DNA of 64,000 nucleotides. It comes from Euglena gracilis (lineage: Eukaryota). Positions 36,628-49,483 of this stretch are shown in pieces. Position 1 is the stretch's first letter, and each line of letters starts with the position of its first letter. A model generated the notes under the pieces. It ran no database searches. It saw only the letters and a program-made list of their open reading frames with translations, and was not told the origin of the DNA. The DNA lies in NCBI GenBank assembly GCA_039621445.1, contig CP154954.1, positions 26,238,954 to 26,302,953 of the forward strand. Direction: 5' to 3'. The position numbers were made by a program, and so were the translations under genes.

Positions 36628-37298
36628 CTATATATATATAATCTATATATTTTTTATATAATTCAGGTTCCCCCTTGTCAAAGCCCACCACCCCATTTAT
36701 TCTGTTTTGGGTCTATATTTTTAGCCAAATCAGCACCCCTGCTTCTTGCCCCTAAGTCAAACAGGAGGGGAGGTTCGGCGTTATGTTTTCTCTTTGGGCA
36801 GAATTCTAATGACTATGGGGTGAATATTCAGGAAGGGTATATTTTATCGAGGAAATCAAAAATCGCTGCTCTTAAAACACAGATAGTTTTTTATTTTTTA
36901 TCACATTTTGGAAGTTATATCTTCAAATGGAATTGCCGAGTTTTTTTTTTTAATGGAAAAGGTAAATGTGCACCCCACTCTCTCAAAGACCTCCCTTGGG
37001 ATTGTGGTTTGGCAATCAACATAACAAGCTATAGGAGAAGCAAGTATTTCAGTTTTCAGATTTCGTTAATTTTTGGGCATAAATTGACTGTTTTCTGTGT
37101 GGTGAAATGGTGCAATTGCATACAAAACTAATTAAAAAGGGAGAAATCAAATTGTTCCATCCTGAAATGGTGGTCCCTGGGGACAGCATTGGGGTGGTCC
37201 CCGGAAAATTTACATTGTTTTCTCAATGGCTTGAATGTTTGCATCCATATCTGGCTGAACCCCCCTCCCCCTGGGGGAAGAAGGTGGGTTGCAGAAGC

Positions 37299-37658
37299 AA
37301 CCGCCACAGAGACCGCAACCCCAACCCCAACACGTACTTTTACGGGGACGACCTCTCTCACGGGCACCTCCACCAGCACCCAAACCGCCACTGTCATCCC
37401 GACCCAAACTCCCAGCGCCACCATCACCTCCACAGGCACAGCGACGGCCACCGCCACGCCCACCAGCACTCCGACCCGGACCGCGACCTCCACAGCCAGC
37501 CCCACGGAGACTGACACGGTCACGAAGACGGACACCCCCACCGCCAGTGGCACCATGACCGTCATCCCCACCTTCACCCCGTCGCCCACCCCCACTCCCA
37601 CCCCCACCCCCACCCGTACCGCCACCGATACTTCCACCCCGACCACGACCAGAACCTC
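37299..37658 (+). CDS. Mucin-like protein exon 5 (ends +/- 4 nt)
   Basis: TATETATPTPTRTFTG...; downstream TGGGCCCTATTCA pairs with TGAATGGGCTCCA just before exon 6. Confidence 0.75.
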
Positions 37659-37870
37659 GACATGGGCCCTATTCATTATCACCTGATTTTTCTCTGATGG
37701 TTTGAGACGATTCAGTTGCTGGCCACCTCTTCTGGCAAGCTCCGACCAGCAGCAGAATATGTGGGGTTTTTTCTGGTGTAGCGTGCGACCCTGCAAGGTG
37801 CAGGTTGAGAATGACCCACCCACAATTTCCCCTTCCATCTGGGCAAACCATTGAATGGGCTCCAGCTCTC

Positions 37871-38077
37871 AACCGGCACCGCGACACCGACAACCAGCTC
37901 CACCCCCACCGCCACCGCCTCCAGCACCCCTACCGCTACCCCCTCCGCCACTCCCTCCGCCACCCCCTCCACCACAGGCACCGCCTCGGAAACCGACACT
38001 GCGACCCCTACCGCCACGCTGTCCAGCACCCCGACCCCCACCCCCACCAGCACCACCACACACACCGCCACTGCCAC
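37871..38077 (+). CDS. Mucin-like protein exon 6
   Basis: CCAGctctc|A start; TGTATPTTSSTPT...; ends C|ACCCTGGCATGTGGAG, phase 2. Confidence 0.8.
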
Positions 38078-38982
38078 ACCCTGGCATGTGGAGAATTTTT
38101 TTGTTTTGAGGTTTTTTGTTTTTTAAGGTTATGTTTTGGTTTTCGCAAGGACCACCCCTCCCCCCAGGGGCCACCTCTCCACAGCTGGGGTAAAAAACGA
38201 TTTGGTTGCAAGAACGCCTGGAAGTTTAAAATCTCAAAATTCAAAAGGGAACAGCAAGGGCAAAAGAGAATTGATTGCAGGCTGCCGCTCGTTCTGCAGA
38301 GATTGCCGCTCTTGTTCCCAGCGTTGCTTGGACTCAAGGGATCAAAAGGAGAGGTTGGAATCCCTGTGAAAGCCCCACCTATTCAGATTTTTCTGAGGAA
38401 CAGCATTTGACAAGTTGAATATGCCCTGGCATGTTTTTTGGTGGGGGTCCAGAGAGGGAAAGATCACCATCCTGTGCAAGCCCTGCGGTCTGCATTATCC
38501 CTCAGGATGTCGAGTAGTTTTTGAGATCGAGAATTGACCCAAAAAAGATGCACTCGGCCTGGTCCCCTCTTTCTTTGGTTCTTCAGACTTTTTTTTTGTG
38601 CAATGGGTGCCTCTCTTTTTGTTATTCCCACCCAATTTTTGATTTTTGTGATTTTCCATGTCTCTGGTGATCTCGGTGATTCTTTTTCATTTGACTCAAA
38701 GGGAGGGCTATTATTTAGGCTGTCAAGGTCGGTCCTCAGGGGCTTCATTATTTGTTGGGGGGGTTCCACCTGGGAAGAGAGGCAAAGCATGTGTTCTTAA
38801 AGCGCGGGTAGTATCATGCAGTTCACCCCCATTCTTTCATATCATTTCCCATCAACCCACATGTCTTCACCACCGCTGGGTCCAGGCCAGGTGTGTGGCC
38901 CCCCCTGCGCCGTGGGGCCTCAAAAAGAAGCCTGATAGCGACCCCCGGGGCACAGCGGCACCAGACTCCTGCGCCAGGCCCC

Positions 38983-39136
38983 AGCCTCCCCCACGCCGAG
39001 CAGCACGCCCACTGCCTCCTCCACGGCGACCCCTACCTCCACGCCGTCCGGCACCCCCTCCGGCACGCCGTCTGTGACGGCCACCAGTACCCCCTCTGGC
39101 ACGCCAACCGGAACACCCACGGGGACACCGTCCGCC
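38983..39136 (+). CDS. Mucin-like protein exon 7
   Basis: CTCCTGCGCCAGgcccc|A start, in frame; ASPTPSSTPT...TPSA; ends C|GCCCAGGGCAA. Confidence 0.8.
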
Positions 39137-39272
39137 GCCCAGGGCAATGCTGTGTGCGTTTCTGCATGTGTCTGTATGATCGCGCCGGTGCATACGTGTG
39201 TGTGAATGAGTGAATGGTGAATGTGCATGCAAGTGTTCACTCACTCACTCATACAAGTGTACATGCATGCAA

Positions 39273-39410
39273 GTGAGTGAGTGAGTGAGTGAGTGAGTGA
39301 GTGAGTGAGTGAGTGAGTGAGTGAGTGAGTGAGTGAGTGAGTGAGTGAGTGAGTGAGTGAGTGAGTGAGTGAGTGAGTGAGTGAGTGAGTGAGTGATGAG
39401 TGATTGAGTA
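39273..39410. repeat. (GAGT)n microsatellite
   Basis: Direct reading. Confidence 0.95.
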
Positions 39411-39890
39411 TGTGTGTGTGTGTGCACTTTTTTTTTTTAAAGGAAGGACCTCCCCAAAGGGGTGCTATGAGCAGGCAGGACTCTTGGGGTCCCCGCAGCA
39501 GGGAAACAATGGACCTGCGAGCCCATGCTGGGTGCAGCAGGTGGGGTCATGAGTATGCTGTGTGGCCATTACCCCTCTGTGTGTTGGGTTCCTGCCTCGG
39601 AAACTGTCAGGGTCCCCGGTACTCGCCAACCTGTCATTAGAGAGAGTTATTAGGGTCCTGGTATTGTACTTGTCAGGTGGCAGTTTTCTGGGGCAATGTA
39701 TTTATTTCCAAAATGCACGTTTTTTTGCAGAAATTGTGTGTTTTTTGCAGTCCTTTTTGGTGCTAGACCAAGTAAAACAGACATACTCAAACTTGGTGAA
39801 ATTAGGTAAATCAGAAGCGCAACTCTCCTGGAATCCTGGAACTCAATGGCCATTTTTCATTGAAACAAAGTTCCTGGAATGGGTTGCTGG

Positions 39891-40283
39891 CAGGGTTCGA
39901 TATAAGGAGGGCGTACATGGTTTAGGTGGGGGGTGTCCCCCCACCCCCCCCCCCCCCTCCTGGCCCGCAGGGGGGGTCTGGACCACCCCCCCCCCACCTG
40001 CAAGGGGGGTCCGGACAGACCCTCGGGGGGTACCCGGGACCCCCCCCAAAAAGGGTCAATTTTTTCCTCCGGTGCTTCGCGCCGAAAATTTTTGCATTTT
40101 TGGCCAATTTTTTTGCCCAAAAAGTGCCCAAAATGGCACTTTTGGTCGATTTGGGGGGCCGAAAATCGGTCACCCTGATCGCGCCACTGTTTAGGTGGGG
40201 GGGTGTCCCCCACCCCCCCCCCTCCTGGCCCGCAGGGGGGGGGGGTCCGGACCCCCCCCCTCCTCTCCTTATATCGAACCCTG
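39891..40283. mobile_element. hAT-like MITE family A, intact
   Basis: TIR CAGGGTTCGATATAAGG / CCTTATATCGAACCCTG; 8-bp TSD GTTGCTGG at 39883-39890 and 40284-40291. Confidence 0.9.
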
Positions 40284-41022
40284 GTTGCTGGGTCATGGGG
40301 AGGGGGGGTCAGATTTGCATCCTGAACAGGTGCGACCCTGCAAATTCGTCTTAAAGGTGGTTATCTTTTTTTTGGCCAGGTGTCTCGGCAAAGGGTCGCA
40401 TATTGCTTTTCATCACAAAGGAAAATTGTACGAAAAATCTTCATCCCAATAAAATGACTGACTTCCCATCGTTCTCATGAGCCATTTTTGCATGGGGGGT
40501 CAGAGGAGGGGTTTTCCCTGGAGGTGGGTTTCGCTCTTACCTATCAAAGGATTAGAGCTCATCGACCCCCCCCCCCAGGGATTGTGGTGGGCACCGCACA
40601 GCAGAAGGTATCATCCCACTTCCCCCTGTGTTCTTAAAGCAAGCCTGCATCACATCACATCAACATCCACAGGCATCAACAAGTTTCACATTGAGTCCGT
40701 CAGCTTTGAGCCCTAAGGACAATTGGAGAAAAATGTAACGCCACAGGCAATTTGTTCAGACAGTAGCCTTGCACATGAACGGCACTCAGACGTTATGTCC
40801 CACCTGTTTAAGACCCCCCAAGGAGCCAAAACCTTGGGGAGGGGGTTCTTCTTCGGGATCAGAATGGGGCGGTGTCACGACCACTCCTGTCTGTGCGTCC
40901 GACCTTGCTCCATGCCCTTCGAGGTTCTGCAGTGGCGCGAATAGGTCCAGACCCAGTTCTGGGCATGCTGCACCCGCAAAAGCGCCGTGTGGCGTGGTAT
41001 TTGCTGCTTTGCCCCTGCACCC

Positions 41023-41103
41023 ACCCCCAGCGGCACACCCACCGCCACTTCATCTGGAACCTCCACCGCAACTCCAACAGCCACGCCTTCAGGCACCCCT
41101 TCT
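41023..41103 (+). CDS. Mucin-like protein exon 8
   Basis: TTGCCCCTGcaccc|[28 protein letters not shown]; ends T|GTTTTAGGCGG. Confidence 0.8.
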
Positions 41104-42620
41104 GTTTTAGGCGGCGCAGAGGGCCAGCCACGCGAGCGCACACTGCCTCAACACCCTTTTTTTTGCGGCCAACGTTTCTTCCCACTCGAAACAGATACAC
41201 CTTGCCCCCAATTTCAATTTAAGATATGATAATGTATATTTGCTCATGAGTACCCCAACGTTCCCCAACTTTGCATTTGTTTCATTGGCATCTTTTCCTT
41301 CCACTGGTTTGGATACCTCTATGCCGGGGAAATTGTCTGGCCTCTGGTACTATTTGAGTAGTCAAAACAATCAAGGTCCCCGCCTCCAGCCAACTTGTTC
41401 GATGGAAACGGATAGTTTGCCACCGTCCAATTTGCAGGATTGCTGCCCGCCCTCCCTCCCTCCCCGTCCATGACACCTACCCGCGTGAACGGCACAATCC
41501 CAGAACATAGACATCAAGAGCGTGTGATATTAGATTCATTCATTTAACGCTTTGTGTGACCCTTCCCATGGGAGGTTGAGTTTTCAAGAGTGGGTGGGTG
41601 GGTTGGAAGCCCCCCTCCCCAGGCTTTGGGGGACCCCATGGATCAGTCCAGCACGGCCGGTTGATTTTAGATGGGTGTTGGGTGGGCAGGCGGTCGATTT
41701 CCCTGGGGGAAGGGGGGGGGCAGGGTTCAACGAAGGGCAGGTGGGACCAGCGGACCTTCTTTTTCAGGCGCGAAGAGCCGGGCTGGAAAAGTTTCCCCCA
41801 ATCGGCCCAAATGTCATTCTTGGCACTTTTTTTGGGCGAAAATTTGTCCGAAGTACAAAAAATATTGGACTGAAGTTTAGGAAGTAAAAAATTTAATTTT
41901 TGGGGGGTCCCCCTCGAACAACCTCGAACAGCATTCGAGGAGGCTATCGAGCCTCCTCCAACGACCTCGAACGGCGTTTCAAGAGACTCCAGAGCCTCTT
42001 CCTATTTTTTTTGCATTTTTTATTTCCCCCCCAAACGTTTTTTGGATTTTTCCATGAAAATATTTTTGACTCTGGATAATTTCTCGTTTTGGCCTCGATT
42101 TTCCCCTGAGACCAAAATTTTTGGCATTTTTTAGTCATTGTTGCATTTTTTGGTCAACAAAATGCTTTTTTTTATGGAAGATGGAAAATTTTCCCCGTCG
42201 GAGCTAAAAATTTTTCTAAGTCCTCTCCAATGGAAAGATGTGCATCTCGGACCTCAAGGTTTTCCCTTGCAATTTGCGTCTTTTTGTGTTTTTTTGCGTG
42301 TTTTTTTGAGCAACCGCAAACCTATCCGATCTGCCTTTCCTGGCTCTCGACTGAGTGATCAACCCCCCAAAAATTGTTCTGGCGTTTAATTCATTTCGCC
42401 CCCCTCCCCCTACCCCCCCCCCCCTCGTGCAGTTGTCACCTTGGAGTGCATACTGACTGACGTGGCGTAATGGCTTTAGATACGTGGTACATTACAACTG
42501 GAAAGTTGTCATGTACGCCCGTACTCGCTGAGTTGTCAGGTCAATGTCACGAGGGGGGGGGCAGAGATGTTTCTCACATTTGTTCATATTGCCGGCCGCC
42601 CTCCCCACCGCCTAAATCTC

Positions 42621-42815
42621 GCCACGCCCTCCGCCACGACCACGCACACACCCTCCGCCACGCCGTCCAGCACCCCCACCGGCACGCCGTCCGCGACGGC
42701 CACCAGCACACCGTCCGCCACACCAACCGGAACACCCACCGCGACGCCGTCGGCCACCCCTTCGGGCACGCCATCCGCGACTCCCACTGCCACCTCCACG
42801 GCCACGCCCTCTGCT
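42621..42815 (+). CDS. Mucin-like protein exon 9
   Basis: CCGCCTAAatctc|G; TPSA/TPTG repeats; ends T|ACCCAGGGCTGAGC. Confidence 0.8.
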
Positions 42816-43015
42816 ACCCAGGGCTGAGCCGTGTGTGACGGTGAGCGCCAGTTAATTTTTTCCCCTCCAAAAATGGCCCACAAGAAAGTGGCGCCTCAAT
42901 CCTCCTGAAGGAAGGAAGGACTGAGGGTGAATCTGCATTGAAATTGCCGCTGCTGCCCCTCATGTTTTCTGCCTCTGCCTTTTTTTTTGCTCACCTTGTG
43001 GTTTTCCATCTCGGC

Positions 43016-43317
43016 CAGGGGTTTTTTTAATTTTTAATTGTGGACCCTCAGGGGGGAGGGGGTAGGGTGGATGGGTCCGGCCGAGCCCCCCCCCCCCCCC
43101 CGGGGTGTCCCCCCCAGGGGCTGGTGAGTTATACTTTTGGGCGTCGAAGGCACCAAATTTTTTGAAAAGGTTCTATTTTGGCACTTTTCGAGATTTTTGG
43201 GCCATTTTCAGGGAAAATGGAGTGGGTCCCCTGGGACCCCCCGGGGGTGGGCCCAGGGGGTGGGTGGGTGGGGGGGGGGACCCCCGGTCTTAAAAAAAAA
43301 TTAGGGCCGACACCCTA
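43016..43317. mobile_element. hAT-like MITE family C
   Basis: CAGGGGTTTTTTTAA ... CCCTA; 8-bp TSD ATCTCGGC at 43008-43015 and 43318-43325. Confidence 0.75.
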
Positions 43318-44284
43318 ATCTCGGCCCACGCACACGCCGGCTTGTCCGTCGTGTGCACACACCTGGCGGGCTAGCTTCCCAACTGTTGGCCTAGCCGCTG
43401 GCCAAGCAAGGCCCGCCGTCGGCGGATGTCCTCGCTCAGGCACAACAGGCGACACTGCAAAAATCCTTGAAAGCCTATGGATGATGGGTGGTGGGGGGGG
43501 GTCGACCTCTGCCCACCGGTCTTCCCGTACAGCCCTGGTCGTGCACGGTACAGACATCTCTGCCTGGTACTCAAATTTGTGTCTGCCCGGGAGCTGAAGC
43601 TCAAACACTTCCCAAACACTTGCCCCCTGAACTGTGGCCGGATATGGGAATCCCGGAAGCCCTCTGGGGGGCTGGGATGGGCGGCAAGCCCCCCACATCA
43701 CTGACGGGTTTGTCTGGTGAGGTCTGCCCCCACCCCACGACCAGCTTCCCATATTTTTTTGGATTTATTTGGATTCATCATATTTTTTTTTGCGCAGTGA
43801 CATTGTCGGTGGAGGGGGTGTCGACCCCCCCCCTCATGGCCTTCCCATACAACCCCCACCCTTGATGGCAACTAATAACAAATGAGACACATCCACCGAC
43901 ACTTGCACCGACGGGCTGATTGGAAGAAATGCTGGCAGCCTCATCTTTATGGTCCCCTTGTATCCCCCTTGAGGAACCTTGGACGTTTTTCAAGCGTGGA
44001 GGTGGCCAGGCACGCGATGGATCCCGCACCTTGCATTTCATATTCAGAGGAAAAGAGTTGGGGTTGGGCATTTAGGCATAAGACTGGGCTTGAATTAGGC
44101 GTTAATTCTCACGCCTGGCGGAAAATTCAAAAAAAACCACTCCAATTGGGCAGACATTCCCGGAGTACACACATCACGCTTTCTGGACCATGGATGGACA
44201 ACCTCCCATCATACTGGTGCCCCCCCGGGGGGCCCACAAGTGTGAGGCTGCCGTCATGGTCGTGCAAGCTCAGCCCCTGCCCCC

Positions 44285-44430
44285 ACCCCCACCGGCACCC
44301 CCTCCTCCACGCCGTCCGCCACGGCGACGCACACGCCCTCCGTCACGCCGACCGGCACCCCCACCGGCACGCCGTCCGCAACCCCCACCGGCACCCCCTC
44401 CACCACGCCAACCGGCACGCCCACCGATAC
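44285..44430 (+). CDS. Mucin-like protein exon 10
   Basis: GCTCAGCCCCTGccccc|A; ends C|GTCCAGGGCTGC, phase 2. Confidence 0.8.
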
Positions 44431-44524
44431 GTCCAGGGCTGCCTCCCTGTTGTGAGCCCAGCGATCCAGCAGTGGCGTGTCGTTATGTTGGAAGGTGCTT
44501 GGTTGATTCCCCCCTCCCCCGCAC

Positions 44525-45061
44525 TAAACCCCCCCCCCCAAATATAAGAAACCCGTTTCTTATATTTGGGTGTCGGCCGATCGGCCCAAAGGGTTTCTTA
44601 TATTTGGGGGTTTCTTATATTTGGGTGTCGAAGGCCGGCCCCAAGGGTTTCTTATAAATAGAACTTTTTTTCTTTTTGGTTCCTTCATGTAACTAATTAA
44701 TTACATGTGACCACTGTGTGTAGGACTGTCCTCATGTCTGACTGCCATTCAAACAGTGGGAAAGGGGGTCGTGACACGGACAAGTGTTTCCAAAAAGCAG
44801 TTGCTTCTGAACTCTTGCTTTGCAAAGAAGCAATAGACTAGATTGGCTTCATCTTTGTGTTGATCGCGCCTTGAGATTTGCTGTGACCCATGGTGAAAAT
44901 GAGGGGTTTCTTATATTTGGATTGACGTCCAACAGCCCAGGGGTTTCTTATATTTGGGGGTTTCTTATATTTGGGTGTCGGCTGAAAATCAGCCAAAGGG
45001 TTTCTTATATTTGGGGGTTTCTTATAGCGAGGGGTTTCTTATATTTGGGGGGGGGGGTTTA
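44525..45061. mobile_element. MITE with TAAACCCCCCC...ATAAGAAACCC termini
   Basis: TAAACCCCCCCCCCCAAATATAAGAAACCC / GGGTTTCTTATATTTGGGGGGGGGGGTTTA; many internal GGGTTTCTTATATTTGG copies. Confidence 0.75.
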
Positions 45062-45836
45062 CAGTTTTCCCGTACCCAAAATGCCTCTGAGCTGGACCCC
45101 TGGGGGGATCATTAAAAAGCGCCCTGATTTGTTATCAGAAGCCTTTCTGATTTGTCATCAGAAGGTGAAAGGCTTCTGATAACTAGCCAATTTATTTTGG
45201 CGTTGGAGATAGGCTTTTTTCAAAAAAGGTGAAAATTCGCAAAAAAAATTGTTAGGAGACAGGAAAGCGGGCACAAGGGATGGAGAAAAGGTCCCAAAAG
45301 GACATGTCAGAGAGTTCACTGGTCAGTGGGTTGACTGGGTTTCAGAACACACTTTCCTGGCGGCGCAGGAGGGCACTGGACAGCTAGCTATTGTAAACAC
45401 AGGCATGGATGCCACCTTTCTGGGCAGGATAGAAGCTGTTCAACTGCCGTCCCCAGAATTTTAGGGAAAACAACTGGCTGATTAGGGGTGGCATCTATGA
45501 GGAACCTAAGTTAGCCAGGCTGGGCCCGACGGCAGGGTATTGAGTGAGTGTTGGTTTTGTACCTCCTGCCCCCCTTGTCCAATGTCCGGGGGTTGCCCAA
45601 CGGCCCGCCCCAGCCAGATGCGATCTCTTTGTATGTGATGTTGGTTCAATTATTGTGGGAACAATTTTGTGATTTAATATCGCTTTTTTTGTATTTGCGT
45701 GTTTCAGAGAAGCTTTGTTTGCAATTTGTTGCGATGATTACCATAAATTGGCTGAAAATGCCCAAAATGGCATTAAAAAGGCCAATAACTCCAAAAAAAA
45801 TGGTTCCAAATTACCCAGAACGACTCAAATTGATGT

Positions 45837-46067
45837 AACCCCCCCCTAATAGAAGCACGGGGCCGCTACAAGCGCAGGGTCCAAATAAAAGCGCACCCCC
45901 CGCTGCCGAAGGCGGCGGTCCGCTACAAGCGCACCTCCATTTTGAATGGATTTCTAAAGGAAATCAACGAAAACCGCGCAGGTAGGGTCCAAATAGAAGC
46001 GCACCCCCCGCCGCTGGAGGCGGCGGTCCCCTATAAGCGCACCCGTGCTTCTATTAGGGGGGGGGTT
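45837..46067. mobile_element. MITE with about 25-bp TIR
   Basis: AACCCCCCCCTAATAGAAGCACGGG / CCCGTGCTTCTATTAGGGGGGGGGTT. Confidence 0.75.
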
Positions 46068-46966
46068 CAAGTGTGCAAGATTAGGACAAACGGCAAAAGC
46101 TGTTGAAAGTTGGTAGAAATTTCCCAAAATGGTCAAAAATGGCCAAAAGTGGCCAAAAGTGGCCAAAAGTAGCCAAAAATACCAAAAAAAATCCAAAAAC
46201 AGCCCAAAATGGCCACATACCCTGCTTGTCTAGCGACCCCCCCCCTTGCAATGTTCATCAGAGACGAATGTTGGCTTTTTTAGCGACCGCCCACCCCCAT
46301 TGGACAAGGGGGAGGTACAGGTGGAGGGAGGAGAGGGAGGCCCAGACCACCTCCCCCCCTGGGCTGAGGGGGTTCAGGGACCTCCCTGGAACCAAAAATA
46401 GTTCTTGCTGGCATTTTGGCCAGAAAACTCATGCTGTTATCATCTGTTCTATTTATGTATTTGTATTTTTTGTATATTTGATGAAAACAATCACTTGAAA
46501 ACACATTTTTAGATTTTTTGAAGCCCCTTGTGAAATTTCCGGCGCTTTGCGCCAAGGGGACCCTCCCTTCCTCTCAGGGGGTCCGGGATCACCCCCCTCC
46601 CTTCACTTAATCCCTAATTGGGGGCTGCCTTTTCAGGGATTTCCTTTTATTGGGGATATTTCTTGGGGATATTTTTTCTCAGTTTTTCTTTCTGCAGTGA
46701 AATTTTCGAGGAAGAGGATTTTTTGATTCCCCAAACCAAAATCTTTGCAGTTTGCTGAATGTGAACGCCATTTCCTGCATTTCCCCCTGGGTTTCAGCAT
46801 TGTTCCAACAGGCACTGGAGGCAGGCTGAATTTTGAGACATGGTGGACCCCACCACGGGGGGGGGGAGAGGGGCGTCAACCCAGGCAGACAGCCCCCCCC
46901 CCCCCAGGGGTTGGCCACATTCAGGTTGACTGGAGATCCTCAGGCTTTGAATGCAACTCTGGCCCT

Positions 46967-47192
46967 GCCCTCCGGCACGCCCACCGGCACACCGTCTAGT
47001 ACGCCCACCGGCACACCCACTGGCACACCGTCCGCGACCCCCACCGGCACCCCCTCCTCCACGCCGTCCGCCACGGCGACGCACACGCCCTCCGCCACGC
47101 CGTCCGGCACCCCCACCGGCACGCCGTCCGCAACCCCCACCGGCACCCCCTCCACCACGCCAACCGGCACGCCCACGACTACACCCTCCGCT
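46967..47192 (+). CDS. Mucin-like protein exon 11
   Basis: GCAACTCTGgccct|G, phase 2 in frame; ends T|GTCCAGTGCAGAGCC. Confidence 0.8.
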
Positions 47193-47824
47193 GTCCAGTG
47201 CAGAGCCTTTCTGCCACGCCTTTGTGCTGCCTTTTTATTTATTTATTTTCGTTCATCTCTCATCTGTCATGCCATCTCCGTCCCTCCCACTCCCCGGGGA
47301 ATTTATTATTTCCATGAGAATGTTGCTTTCCCCCGGGAAGCTGCCACTTTGGGCCTCGTACAACTGCCATGGGAAGTCCGCTGCAGGGCTTCCCCAGGCT
47401 TCGTTGCCCCAGGCTTAAACTAGTTATACTCGCTGTGACAACTTCTGGGTGGGAGGGTTGGACTTTTCCACCAAACAGGGCCCTGCACATACAATCACTA
47501 GTCACTGGCCGACCCCCCCCCCCAGGGTGGGTGAATGGGTTTTTCAGAATGACTGACTGGTTTTTGGCCCAGACCCCCTGCCCCAGGGTGGTCGAAAATA
47601 CACTAAAGTGACCTAGCGACCAGCAATTTTTGGGCCTTTTTCCTCCTTTTGTGGTCAAACTTCCCTTGGATTTCAGAGTGACCGACCACCCCGGGGGAGG
47701 GGGGGGGCGGTGACTGACTGGTTTTTCGAAAAAAGTGATTGACTGGGTTTTGGAAGAGTGGAAGTGATCCCCCCAGGGGTCGTGAAAAAAATTGCATGGC
47801 CCTGCGGGCCCTGCCACTGCAGCC

Positions 47825-47980
47825 ACCCCGACTGGGACACCAACCGCCACCCCTTCTGCCACGCAAACAGGAACCCCGTCGGCCACACCGTCCGGCACCC
47901 CCACTTCCACCCCATCCGGGACCCCGACCGGCACCCCTTCTTCAACCCCAACCGGCACGCCAACCTCCACACCGTCCGCC
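47825..47980 (+). CDS. Mucin-like protein exon 12
   Basis: GGCCCTGCCACTGcagcc|A; ends C|TCCCAGGGCAGAGC. Confidence 0.8.
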
Positions 47981-49114
47981 TCCCAGGGCAGAGCCATCTG
48001 CCGCATTTGCCCCCCCCCCTTTAAAACCTTGATTGGATTGGCAATTCAAAGGAGAGCCGGCAACTTCTTTCCATGTTCCTTATTTTCCCCTACCCATAAT
48101 GCCACCATGGAGTGGGTGAAGTAGTTGAAGAAAACGAAGCCCTGCCTTTGTCATACGCTGATCTTGCTTGTCTTGTTATTGGCACTCCCATGACCGTAGG
48201 AGGATCCTTGGTTTCCGAGTCGGGGTAGGACGGTTCAGGGGTTGAGATTGATCTCTGAATAGATTCAAGTCCTTTCGAAACATCTGCTGAAGCTCCAGGG
48301 CAGACCACTGCGATTGGGGTGTGGGGTCCAGCTTTCTGGATTTCCTCAAAACCCAACAAAAACCAATCAAAACTCGGGGATGAACTCTCTCCAGCTGCTC
48401 CAGAGACTCCTCGTGGAACAGGTGGAGGGGGAGTCCCAAAGTCACAAAATGCATTGCAACTCGCACGGACGTAACAAATGCCCACCTCAGAAAAAGGACC
48501 TATTTCCTCAAGTTCTTTTTTTCAGCCCCCCCCCCCCTGCAGTTTCCCTCTATTCCAGCTGGTTTGTCACCTGCCGAAAACGTCACTCCTCTCTCTGTGC
48601 TAATTTTCGTCCCCTGCCCCGTTAATTCTGCAACGAACAAAAAAAGTTAATTCCATATACACGACTTTCTCTTTGGGTTTACACATGACTTTGGGTTTCA
48701 AAGCACTCAAAGTGTATTTCAATGTAAATAGAGATTTTATTTTCCATTTATCCAAGTGGACAATTGTCATCCCCTCCTCAGCTTTGCCCAATTTTTTACC
48801 CTGTTCCTTGTGTATTGTAGGACCCAAGGCCCAAGGGGTGATGGAAGGGGATGATGCCCCAGACAGCGAGTTTCAAACTGGGGGCATTTATCAGGGGTAT
48901 TTTCAAAACGGGAAAAAATGACCACTGGCAACAAACGTGAGTTTCTTGCAAATGGACAGGCATGAGTACACCCATGCAACCATCGTGCAGCAAATCGGCT
49001 TGCACAAGGATTTCGGGGGGGGGGAGCATTAAAGATTTAACAGAGGTGAGTGCGGTTGCACATTATGCGCTGGGATAATGATGGTGTGTTCTATGAAGCT
49101 CCGCCCCTGCCCCC

Positions 49115-49483
49115 ACCCCAACTGGGACGCCATCCGCCACGCCGTCTGCTACGCCCACCGGCACACCGTCCGCCACACCGTCCGGCACCCCCACCACCAC
49201 CCCATCCGCCACAGCGACGTCTACGCCCTCCGCCACACCCTCGGGCACGCCCACGGCCACGCCTTCCGGCACGCCCACCGACACACCGTCTGCCACACCG
49301 TCCGGCACCCCCACCGGTACCCCCTCGGCGACCCCCTCCGGCACCCCCACTGGCACGCCGTCGGCGACACCCACGGGCACGCCCTCGGCAACTCCCACTG
49401 GCACGCCCACCACCACACCGTCGGCGACGCCCACCGGAACCCCAACTGCCACGCCAAGTGGGACCCCGACTGCCACACCATCT
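49115..49483 (+). CDS. Mucin-like protein exon 13
   Basis: GCTCCGCCCCTGccccc|A; ends T|GTTTCGGGCGCTGCAAA. Confidence 0.8.
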
